A DNA stretch of 64,000 nucleotides from Candidatus Omnitrophota bacterium (GTDB lineage: Bacteria > Omnitrophota > Gorgyraeia > Zapsychrales > Fredricksoniimonadaceae). Below are positions 56,374 to 64,000 of this stretch, piece after piece. The position numbers and the translations under genes are program-made. Under the pieces are notes generated by a model, which was not told where the DNA came from, made no database searches, and saw only the letters and a list, made by a program, of their open reading frames with translations. Within the stretch, counting starts at the first letter, position 1, and the number at the start of each line of letters is the position of its first letter. The stretch covers positions 677 to 64,676 of the forward strand of contig CAIVRE010000009.1 in the NCBI GenBank assembly GCA_903908245.1. Direction: 5' to 3'.

Positions 56374-58455
56374 TTAAAGGATGATCCGGGCATCAACGGC
56401 AAAAGAACCGTCTTTATTCGTGATCAACGGGTTAATATCCACTTCTTTCACGTGCGCAGCGATCTTTTGAATGGCCATCAAGGTCTTGATGATCGATTCT
56501 TTATGCGCGCCTTGACCACGGTAACCATCCAGAAGTTTCTTGGCCTTGATCTCACCCACCAAACGCTGAGCCTCATTCTCATTGAAAGGGACAATACGGA
56601 ACGACACATCCTTGAGTACCTCAACAAAAATACCGCCAAGGCCGAACATGACAGCCGGGCCGAACTGCGGGTCTTTATTCATCCCCACGATGCACTGAAG
56701 GCCGTCGACCATCTGACAAAGGTTCACACCCAGAAGATCCGCCTTGGGGGCATTCCTCCTGACCGTCTCCATCATCAGCGCGAACTTGGCTTTAAGTTCC
56801 TCCGCATTCTTGATGTTAAGGATAACGCCACCCACATCCGACTTATGGATAATATCAACCGACGCGATCTTCATGGCGATCGGGTACATCTTCTTTGCTT
56901 CAGCCTCTTTCACCGCTTCTTCCGCCGTCGTGGCAAAACCCCACTTGGGCATCGGAACGCCGCAGATCTCAAGGACCTTGCGGGATTCATGCTCGAGCAG
57001 GAACGTGCGCCCTTCCTTGCGGATAGACTCAATGATCGCAAGCGCAGCCGCCGGGATCTCGGGGACCTGCGCTTTCTCCTTTGAACGCAAAGAAATTTCC
57101 TGCCAGGTATAAAGGGCTTTCAAGCCCGCCACGGCTTCGCGCACCTCGGTCATGGCGGGGATCTGCGCTTCATGAAAAACCTGGATGGCCTCACGCGAAC
57201 GTTCACCGCCAACGATCGCCACCACCAAGGGCTTGTTGCGGCCGCCGGCATCATATTCTTCCACGATCGCCTTGGCCACCTGCACCGGGTCCGTGACCGC
57301 AGTCTCGCAGTAAAGAACGATCAACGACTTGACCTTGTCTTCCGCCAGCGCGATCCTGACCGCCTTGCGATAACTTTCACAACCGCCGCCGCCCGTCACA
57401 TCAATGGGATTCTTTGTGCTTCCGAACTCGGGCATGGTCTGACGGAATTTTGCTTCCAACCACACAGGGTCTTCCAAGAGCTTGATGCCAAAGACCTCAC
57501 ATTCGTCGGTAGCGCTCACGCCAATACCACCGCCGTTCGTAATGATCAGCGAATCCTCACCCTTGGGCATAGGCTGTGAAAGCGTACACGCCGCGCCGAA
57601 CGCCTCGGTAAAGGTCCGGCAGCGCATCATGCCAAGCTGATTGAACACCGCTGAATAGATCTTGTCGGAACCCGACAATGAACCCGTATGGGATGCCGCC
57701 GCCTGCGCACCGCGCGAAGATGAACCGGACTTCAGGATCACGACAGGCTTTCTGATCTCCGTCGACAGGAACTTGCGCCCGTCCTTGATACCTTCCATAT
57801 AGATCAGGATCACTTTTACATGCGGGTCATCATTAAAATACTCAATGAGCTCTTTCTCCCCGATATCCGCCTTGTTCCCCAGGCTGACAACCGCCGCAAG
57901 GCCGATCTTCTCCATCATCGTCCAACCCATGAGCGAGATCGCCATGGCGCCGCTCTGCGAAACAAACGCGATCGTACCCGGCAAAACCTCTGTCGGGCCG
58001 AAAGACGCGTTCAATTTCGCCGGAGAATAAACGAACCCGAACGTATTGGGCCCCAGCATCGCGATATTATGCTTGTCCGCAATATCTTTTAACACCTGCT
58101 CTTCCTTGACCTTGCCGATCTCGGAGAATCCGGAAGTAATAATAACCGTCCCCTTCACATTCTTCTGTACACACTCCTTGAGAATGCCCTCGACCAGGGG
58201 AGCCGGAACCGCGATCACCGCAAAATCAATATCACCGGGAACATCCAGCAATGACGGAAAACACGGCAGGCCAAGAAGCTCGGTCGCCTTTCTGTTAACA
58301 GGATAGATCTTTCCCTTATAGCCGTTCTGGATCACATTGTTCAATATCTGATACCCGACCTTGCCCGGTTCAGATGACGCGCCGACAATGGCAACGCTTT
58401 TCGGATTAAAGACCTTCTCCAAATTCTGGATCTTTTGCGGAATATCCCCTGCCAT
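56374..58455 (-). CDS. Acetate--CoA ligase (ADP-forming), fused alpha/beta
   Basis: PKSVAIVGAS, GPN, SQSGA, SHTGSL (phospho-His), NPIDV and ATP-grasp HKSDVGGV / DINPL...DARI. Confidence 0.92.
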   Translation of the reverse strand: MAGDIPQKIQNLEKVFNPKSVAIVGASSEPGKVGYQILNNVIQNGYKGKIYPVNRKATELLGLPCFPSLLDVPGDIDFAVIAVPAPLVEGILKECVQKNVKGTVIITSGFSEIGKVKEEQVLKDIADKHNIAMLGPNTFGFVYSPAKLNASFGPTEVLPGTIAFVSQSGAMAISLMGWTMMEKIGLAAVVSLGNKADIGEKELIEYFNDDPHVKVILIYMEGIKDGRKFLSTEIRKPVVILKSGSSSRGAQAAASHTGSLSGSDKIYSAVFNQLGMMRCRTFTEAFGAACTLSQPMPKGEDSLIITNGGGIGVSATDECEVFGIKLLEDPVWLEAKFRQTMPEFGSTKNPIDVTGGGGCESYRKAVRIALAEDKVKSLIVLYCETAVTDPVQVAKAIVEEYDAGGRNKPLVVAIVGGERSREAIQVFHEAQIPAMTEVREAVAGLKALYTWQEISLRSKEKAQVPEIPAAALAIIESIRKEGRTFLLEHESRKVLEICGVPMPKWGFATTAEEAVKEAEAKKMYPIAMKIASVDIIHKSDVGGVILNIKNAEELKAKFALMMETVRRNAPKADLLGVNLCQMVDGLQCIVGMNKDPQFGPAVMFGLGGIFVEVLKDVSFRIVPFNENEAQRLVGEIKAKKLLDGYRGQGAHKESIIKTLMAIQKIAAHVKEVDINPLITNKDGSFAVDARIIL

Positions 58456-58498
58456 AAAAACCTGCTTTCATTATTTTATATTCAATCAAAAAATACCA

Positions 58499-58526
58499 TA
58501 GGGGAGGGTTTGGGACCCTCCCCTAC
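58499..58526. repeat. Palindrome TAGGGGAGGGT-TTGGG-ACCCTCCCCTA (REP-like hairpin) between nifJ and acd
   Basis: Perfect 11-bp inverted repeat with a CTAC end. Confidence 0.55.
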
Positions 58527-58530
58527 ATTA

Positions 58531-61500
58531 TTACGGTTGAACCGTTTTTACGACCGCTGCTGCCTGAGCCGCCAGTGTTTCATAGATCGCCCATTTACGG
58601 TCAATATCCTCCTGGCCAAGCTTAATAAGCCGCTCGGCTTCCGCAGGATTTGACTTCTGAAGGACCTTGAACCGCTGCTGGCGGTTGGCTTCCTCACTGA
58701 ACTTGACCTTCGGAGCCGCAGAATCCAGCGTAAGCGGATTCTTGCCTTCATTAATGAGGGACGGATTATAACGGAATAACGGCCAATGACCCGTCTCAAC
58801 CGCCATCTTCTGTTCCGTCAACCCGCCCGCCATGTTGATACCATGGGCGATACAATGACTGTAGGCAATGATCAACGACGCACCCGGATACTTCTCGGCT
58901 TCCATGAACGCCTTGACCGTGTGCTCATCTTTAGCGCCGACCGCAACCGTCGCCACATACACATGGCCATAGGTCATAATAATGCGCGCAAGGTCTTTCT
59001 TGGGGAGGGTCTTTCCGCCCGCCGCAAACTTCGCCACCGCGCCGCGAGGCGTAGACTTGGAAGCCTGCCCTCCGGTATTTGAATAGACCTCGGTATCCAG
59101 CACAAGGACATTCACGTTACGGCCCTGCGCCAGCACATGATCAAGCCCGCCGAAACCGATATCATAGGCCCAGCCATCGCCGCCGAAGATCCAGACGCTC
59201 TTTTGAGCCAGATAATCCACCAGCGACAACAAATGCTTCGCATCCGAACTGCTGTTACCCTTGAGTTTAGCCTTAAGGATCGCGATACGCTTGCGCTGTT
59301 CAACGATCCCCGCCTCCTCGCTCTGATCCGCCCCGAGAAGCGCACTGACCAGATCAGCGCCGATCTGTCCTTCCATCTTTTTAAGAAGTTCGGAAGCATT
59401 CTCGGCTTTCTTGTCGATCGCCAGACGGAACCCAAGCCCGAATTCGGCATTGTCCTCGAACAAGGAATTCGACCAGGCCGGGCCATGCCCTGCCAGGTTC
59501 TTGGTATAAGGCGTAGTCGGAAGGTTCCCGCCGTAGATCGATGTGCATCCCGTCGCATTCGCAATGACCGCACGGTCGCCGAAAAGCTGGGTGACCAGTT
59601 TAATATACGGTGTTTCACCGCAACCGGCACAGGCGCCGGAGAACTCGAACAACGGCTGCAGGAACTGCACGCCGCGCACTGTGTTCTGCTTGACCTTCGT
59701 ACGATCCACCTCGGGAAGGGCAAAGAAGAAATCCCAATTCCTTGCTTCCTGTTCACGAATAGGCAGGATCGGCGTCATATTGATCGCTTTTTTCGTCGGA
59801 TCCTTTTTGCTCTTTGCAGGGCACGCGGAAACACAAACACCGCACCCTGTGCAATCTTCCGCGGCGATCTGGATACGGAACTGCTGCCCGGCGAATTCCT
59901 TATCCTTCGCACCGACAGTAATAAACGACGCGGGAGCGCCTTTCAGGTTTGCCGGATCAATGACTTTACTGCGGATAACCGCATGCGGGCAAACAAGCAC
60001 GCACTTGCCGCACTGAATACACGTCTCGGAATCCCAGGCAGGACATTCCAGCGCAATACAGCGCTTTTCATACATCGTCGTCCCCGTCGGAAATGTGCCA
60101 TCAACGGGCATTTTACTGACCGGCAACTTGTCGCCGCGGCCGGCAATGATCTCGGAGGTGACCGTCTTCACGAATTCGGTCGGCATTCCGGAAACAGGCG
60201 ACTTCAATTCGATCTTGCTGGAAACAGCCGCCGGCACCTTCACTTCGTGCAAATTGGCAATGGTCGTGTCGACCGCCTTGAAATTCTGGGCAACAACATC
60301 CGCCCCCTTCTTGCCATACGCCTTTTCGATCGACTTCTTGATCTGGGCAATGGCCTCCTCTTTCGGCAGGACGCCGGAGATATAAAAGAAACTGGTCTGC
60401 ATGATCGTATTGATCCTGCCGCCCATGCCGGTCTCATTAGCGACCGCGTAAGCGTCAATAACAAAGAACTTGAGCTTCTTTTCAATAATATGCTGCTGGG
60501 TCAAACGGGTCAGGTTATCCCAAACCTTGTCCGCGGCGAACTGGCTGTTAAGCAGAAAGACCGCGCCTTCCGCCGCATCCTTAAGGACATCATACCTCTC
60601 CAGGAAAACGAACTGATGGCAACCGATAAAATTCGCCTTACCGATCAGGTACGGAGCGTGGATCGGGTTTGGCCCGAACCGCAAATGCGAAAAGGTCATT
60701 GACCCTGACTTTTTGGAATCATAAACAAAATAACCCTGGCCGTAATTCGGGGTATTCTCGCTGATGATCTTGATGGTCGCCTTGTTCGCGCCGACCGTTC
60801 CATCCGCCCCAAGACCGTAGAACAGACAGCACACGCTCTTGGGGTCCTCAACGATAAAAGATTCATCCACTTCCAGGCTGGTATGGGAAACGTCATCATT
60901 AATGCCCACCGTGAAATGATTCTTCGGGGCAGGCTTCTTCATCTCGTCAAAAACCGCCTTGACCATCGCCGGCGTAAACTCCTTGGACGAGAGGCCATAG
61001 CGCCCGCACACCACCTTGGGAACAGACTTGAGCAGGCCTTCCTGCTGAGCCTCGAACAGGGCATTGACAACATCCTGATACAAAGGCTCGCCAATGGAAC
61101 CAGGTTCTTTCGTACGGTCCAGGACAGACAGGTACTTAAGCGTCTTGGGCAGGGCTGCAACAAAATGCTTAACAGAGAACGGACGGTACAGGCGGACCTT
61201 GATCACACCGACCTTTTCGCCTTTTTTAACCAGAGCATCGATCGTGGTCTGAACGGTCTCGATCCCGGAGCCCATTACGACAATAACGCGCTCGGCATCC
61301 GCCGGGCCATAATAATCAAACAGGTTATACTGACGGCCAACCAGCTTGGCGAACTTGTTCATGATGTCCTGGACGATCCCGGGGCACTTGGAATAAAAGG
61401 GATTCACGGTCTCGCGGCCCTGGAAATACACATCCGGGTTCTGGGCCGTACCGCGCATCACCGGAAGATCAGGCGTAAGCGCGCGATTGCGGTGCGCGAT

Positions 61501-62100
61501 CACCAGGTCATCGGTAATAAAAGCCTTGATATCATTCTCATCAAGCATCTCGATCTTGGCAACTTCGTGGGATGTACGAAAACCATCGAAGAAATGCAGG
61601 AACGGGATACGGCTTTCCAGGGTCGCAGCATGCGCGATCAGGGAAAGGTCCATCACTTCCTGGACACTGCCGGATGCCAGCATCGCGAAACCGGTCTGAC
61701 GGGCCGCATAAATATCCGAATGATCGCCGAAAATAGACAACGCCTGAACCGCCAGCGAGCGAGCCGATACATGGAACACCGTCGAAGTTAACTCGCCGGC
61801 GATCTTGTACATATTGGGGATCTTCAGCAGCAGCCCTTGAGAAGCGGTAAAAGTGGTGGTCATCGCCCCTGTCTGCAGCGCTCCATGGACAGTACCGGCG
61901 GCACCGCCCTCAGACTGCATTTCCTGGATCATGGGGATAGAACCCCAGATATTCTTGATACCCGCCGCCGCCCATTCATCCGCCAATTCCCCCATCGTGG
62001 ACGACGGAGTAATAGGATAGATCGCCGCCACATCCGAACAACGGTACGCGATGTACGCCGCGGCTTCATTACCATCAAGTGTATAGATCTTACGTGCCAT
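58531..62100 (-). CDS. nifJ: Pyruvate:ferredoxin/flavodoxin oxidoreductase
   Basis: YPITPS, SEGGAAG, two 4Fe-4S motifs (CIQCGKCVLVCP, CTGCGVCVSACP), GACAGCGE and GGDGWAYDIG. Confidence 0.97.
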   Translation of the reverse strand: MARKIYTLDGNEAAAYIAYRCSDVAAIYPITPSSTMGELADEWAAAGIKNIWGSIPMIQEMQSEGGAAGTVHGALQTGAMTTTFTASQGLLLKIPNMYKIAGELTSTVFHVSARSLAVQALSIFGDHSDIYAARQTGFAMLASGSVQEVMDLSLIAHAATLESRIPFLHFFDGFRTSHEVAKIEMLDENDIKAFITDDLVIAHRNRALTPDLPVMRGTAQNPDVYFQGRETVNPFYSKCPGIVQDIMNKFAKLVGRQYNLFDYYGPADAERVIVVMGSGIETVQTTIDALVKKGEKVGVIKVRLYRPFSVKHFVAALPKTLKYLSVLDRTKEPGSIGEPLYQDVVNALFEAQQEGLLKSVPKVVCGRYGLSSKEFTPAMVKAVFDEMKKPAPKNHFTVGINDDVSHTSLEVDESFIVEDPKSVCCLFYGLGADGTVGANKATIKIISENTPNYGQGYFVYDSKKSGSMTFSHLRFGPNPIHAPYLIGKANFIGCHQFVFLERYDVLKDAAEGAVFLLNSQFAADKVWDNLTRLTQQHIIEKKLKFFVIDAYAVANETGMGGRINTIMQTSFFYISGVLPKEEAIAQIKKSIEKAYGKKGADVVAQNFKAVDTTIANLHEVKVPAAVSSKIELKSPVSGMPTEFVKTVTSEIIAGRGDKLPVSKMPVDGTFPTGTTMYEKRCIALECPAWDSETCIQCGKCVLVCPHAVIRSKVIDPANLKGAPASFITVGAKDKEFAGQQFRIQIAAEDCTGCGVCVSACPAKSKKDPTKKAINMTPILPIREQEARNWDFFFALPEVDRTKVKQNTVRGVQFLQPLFEFSGACAGCGETPYIKLVTQLFGDRAVIANATGCTSIYGGNLPTTPYTKNLAGHGPAWSNSLFEDNAEFGLGFRLAIDKKAENASELLKKMEGQIGADLVSALLGADQSEEAGIVEQRKRIAILKAKLKGNSSSDAKHLLSLVDYLAQKSVWIFGGDGWAYDIGFGGLDHVLAQGRNVNVLVLDTEVYSNTGGQASKSTPRGAVAKFAAGGKTLPKKDLARIIMTYGHVYVATVAVGAKDEHTVKAFMEAEKYPGASLIIAYSHCIAHGINMAGGLTEQKMAVETGHWPLFRYNPSLINEGKNPLTLDSAAPKVKFSEEANRQQRFKVLQKSNPAEAERLIKLGQEDIDRKWAIYETLAAQAAAVVKTVQP

Positions 62101-62164
62101 AATCCCATCCCTCTTTCTTTATGCTTTCCCGAAGCATTAATTGTTAAACAAGCCATTAAACATG

Positions 62165-62193
62165 AACGCCCTGCGTTTTCGCAGGGCGTTTTT
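62165..62193. terminator. Strong hairpin in the nifJ upstream region
   Basis: AACGCCCTGCG-TTTT-CGCAGGGCGTT followed by a T-run on the plus strand. Confidence 0.55.
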
Positions 62194-62350
62194 CAAACAC
62201 AAGACATTAATTCACTGTCCCAAATAGACTTAACAAGAAGACAACTTTTTACGCTTGCAGACTCCATATCTGACACCGGAATTTTCCTGCTGGAAGAATT
62301 TAAATGTTGTAAACAATATACACACAATTAAAAGCCTGTAAACACTTTTT

Positions 62351-63811
62351 TCAGCTCTTGTTGGGAGGGCAAACGATCTTTTCGAGGGAATCAACGATCT
62401 TCTGATCGATCTTGTCTTTCATATCCCGAAGGGTCCTCATAGCCTCTGAATAAGGCAGGGCCTTGCGGTACGGACGGTCGGATGTCAGCGCATCATAGAT
62501 ATCCGCAATGGCAAGGATCCGGACCGGAAGGGTTATCTGATCCCCTTTTAACCCGTCGGGATACCCCGTTCCGTCAAGTTTCTCGTGATGATGGCGCACC
62601 ATGTCGCACAAAGGCTGCAAGGACGATATGGGCCGAATGATCCCTTCCCCTATTTCCGGATGCCGTTTCATGATCAGCCATTCCTGGTCATTCAAAGGGG
62701 CCGGCTTGATCAGGATCTCATCCATGATCCCGATCTTGCCCACATCATGGATCCTGGCCGCGTCCCTGAGGTCCCCTACCTCTCCCGGTGGCAGCCCGAT
62801 ATACTGGGCTATGGAAACAGCATACTGGCCAACCCTGTCCAGATGTCCGCGCGAATAATCGTCTTTGGCCTCAACCGCCATCGCAAGAGCCGAAAGCGTT
62901 TCAAAATATGTTTTCCCGACATCCGCGCTCAATTTGGAGTTCTCGATCGCCACGGCTGTCTGTGTGGCAAGATTAAGCAAAAGCACCATTTCTTCTTCCT
63001 GGAACGGCGCCGTGACCTTACGGCCCGAAACAGCAATAACGCCCATCACTTCATTATGAAAGAGCAGGGGCGCGCAGATCACCGGGAATTCCAGGCCTTC
63101 CGCAGCCCGGTTCTCACCACCGGACAGATACTGGACTTTCGGGATAATAAGTGCCGTACGCGCAATGATCGCCGGAGCGAAAGGGCTCGTTTCCAGGGAA
63201 AACCATGTCTTGTCAAAAGACTCCATCGACGCGCCGAATACCGTCTTGACCGTCAGAGACTTCTTTTCCCTGTCGACCAAAAGCAGGAAACCCTGCTTGC
63301 CGGATAACGCCTCGGTTATTGTCTCAACAATAAGGTCAAGGAACGAATCAATGTTGCGGATATTCGAAATGCCATGCCCCACCCGGGTCAAAACCGACTG
63401 AAGCGTCTTCTTGGCGGTCTGAAGGCTGGCCACATTCTCCTCAAGGCGGGAAGTGATCTCACGGAAAGTACGCGTCAGGATCGCGATCTCGTTCTCATCC
63501 CCTTTAAGAAGGTCCTGGATCTTTTCCGTCCCCATGATCTCGCGCAGTTTCCCCGCGCTGGTCCTGGTAACATCCACCAGATTGATCAACAACGCCCGCA
63601 TAGCCCAATAACCGGTCGCGATCCCCACCACCACAAAAATAAGCACCGTATTAAGGTCATCAACAGACAGGCTTACCTGCCCGTCAACTTTCAACTGATA
63701 ATAAAGATACATCAGGATCGACAGCGGAAGCAGCGCCAGGACAATAAAGAAAACCTGGAACCTGACCACAACAGAGGAATTTTGAAGGGACTGCATCTGC
63801 ATGTTTTTCAT
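62351..63811 (-). CDS. Membrane HAMP-GAF-HD-GYP phosphodiesterase
   Basis: Two TM helices, HAMP-like ENEIAILTRTF, GAF, HDVGK, HHEKLDGTGYPDGL and DALTSDRPYR. Confidence 0.9.
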   Translation of the reverse strand: MKNMQMQSLQNSSVVVRFQVFFIVLALLPLSILMYLYYQLKVDGQVSLSVDDLNTVLIFVVVGIATGYWAMRALLINLVDVTRTSAGKLREIMGTEKIQDLLKGDENEIAILTRTFREITSRLEENVASLQTAKKTLQSVLTRVGHGISNIRNIDSFLDLIVETITEALSGKQGFLLLVDREKKSLTVKTVFGASMESFDKTWFSLETSPFAPAIIARTALIIPKVQYLSGGENRAAEGLEFPVICAPLLFHNEVMGVIAVSGRKVTAPFQEEEMVLLLNLATQTAVAIENSKLSADVGKTYFETLSALAMAVEAKDDYSRGHLDRVGQYAVSIAQYIGLPPGEVGDLRDAARIHDVGKIGIMDEILIKPAPLNDQEWLIMKRHPEIGEGIIRPISSLQPLCDMVRHHHEKLDGTGYPDGLKGDQITLPVRILAIADIYDALTSDRPYRKALPYSEAMRTLRDMKDKIDQKIVDSLEKIVCPPNKS

Positions 63812-63815
63812 AAGC

Positions 63816-64000
63816 TCACTCTAGAATAACAGTTTTATTCCCGTAACAAAGGATCTTGTGTTCCAGATGCCAGCGGACAGCCCTGTAAAGCACCCGGCGC
63901 TCAAGGTCCTGCCCTTCATCAATAAGGTCCTGCACGGAATGACGATGGTCGATCCGCACGGTATCCTGCTCAATAATAGGCCCCTGGTCAAGGTCCGCGA
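63816..64000 (-). CDS. purU: 3' end of formyltetrahydrofolate deformylase (partial)
   Basis: Manual translation gives ...DLDQGPIIEQD..RIDH.....DL...G.DLER.VL.RAV.WHLEHKI...GNKTVIL*, a PurU C-terminus. Confidence 0.88.
   Translation of the reverse strand, partial: ADLDQGPIIEQDTVRIDHRHSVQDLIDEGQDLERRVLYRAVRWHLEHKILCYGNKTVILE

Noticed and set aside
59137-60702. 521-aa plus-strand ORF (and 60883-61791)
   Set aside because: Antisense shadow of nifJ with no recognisable motifs, as expected from codon bias.
62193-62267. Possible 24-aa leader peptide (MESASVKSC...) before the hairpin upstream of nifJ
   Set aside because: No RBS and no telling codon runs, and the hairpin's T-tract is on the opposite strand.
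1-64000. tRNA, rRNA, CRISPR arrays, prophage genes
   Set aside because: None recognised by eye. tRNAscan-SE and Infernal would be needed to exclude small RNAs formally.

Overview
This is a chromosomal segment of a diderm bacterium with anaerobic, fermentative metabolism. Evidence: lpxB, two outer-membrane channels, and PFOR next to an ADP-forming acetyl-CoA synthetase. A PVC-restricted small gene and the giant-protein family suggest the PVC superphylum, most likely Omnitrophota (inference). Almost all genes are on the minus strand. Housekeeping content: pstS/porin, ndh, lpxB, an MFS transporter, gpx, hslR-ppk2, a moxR-bat operon, a histidine kinase/response regulator/HD-GYP cluster, fadL-fabD-fabH-plsX-rpmF-yceD-coaD-rsmD-pyk-recG, htpX-lemA, a nitroreductase, acd, nifJ and the 3' end of purU. 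The main finding is four dispersed paralogous genes (3222, 795, 1077 and 1563 aa) with one shared 'bracket' design: signal peptide, a conserved ~300-aa domain ending in R[RK]YFSGG, an unrelated cargo, and a conserved ~60-aa tail starting GG[IV]DL. The cargos are (1) tandem membrane-fusion domains plus a TolC-like channel and membrane/enzymatic modules, (2) a protein-kinase-like domain, (3) an HExxH metallopeptidase and (4) tandem GNAT domains. Two cargos begin with their own internal signal-peptide-like segment. Two paralogs share exact DNA anchors at both cargo edges and an upstream palindrome. The largest paralog has the same Pho-box-like promoter layout as the neighbouring porin-pstS unit. 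This looks like a polymorphic cargo-export or effector system. I saw no tRNA, rRNA, CRISPR array or transposase.
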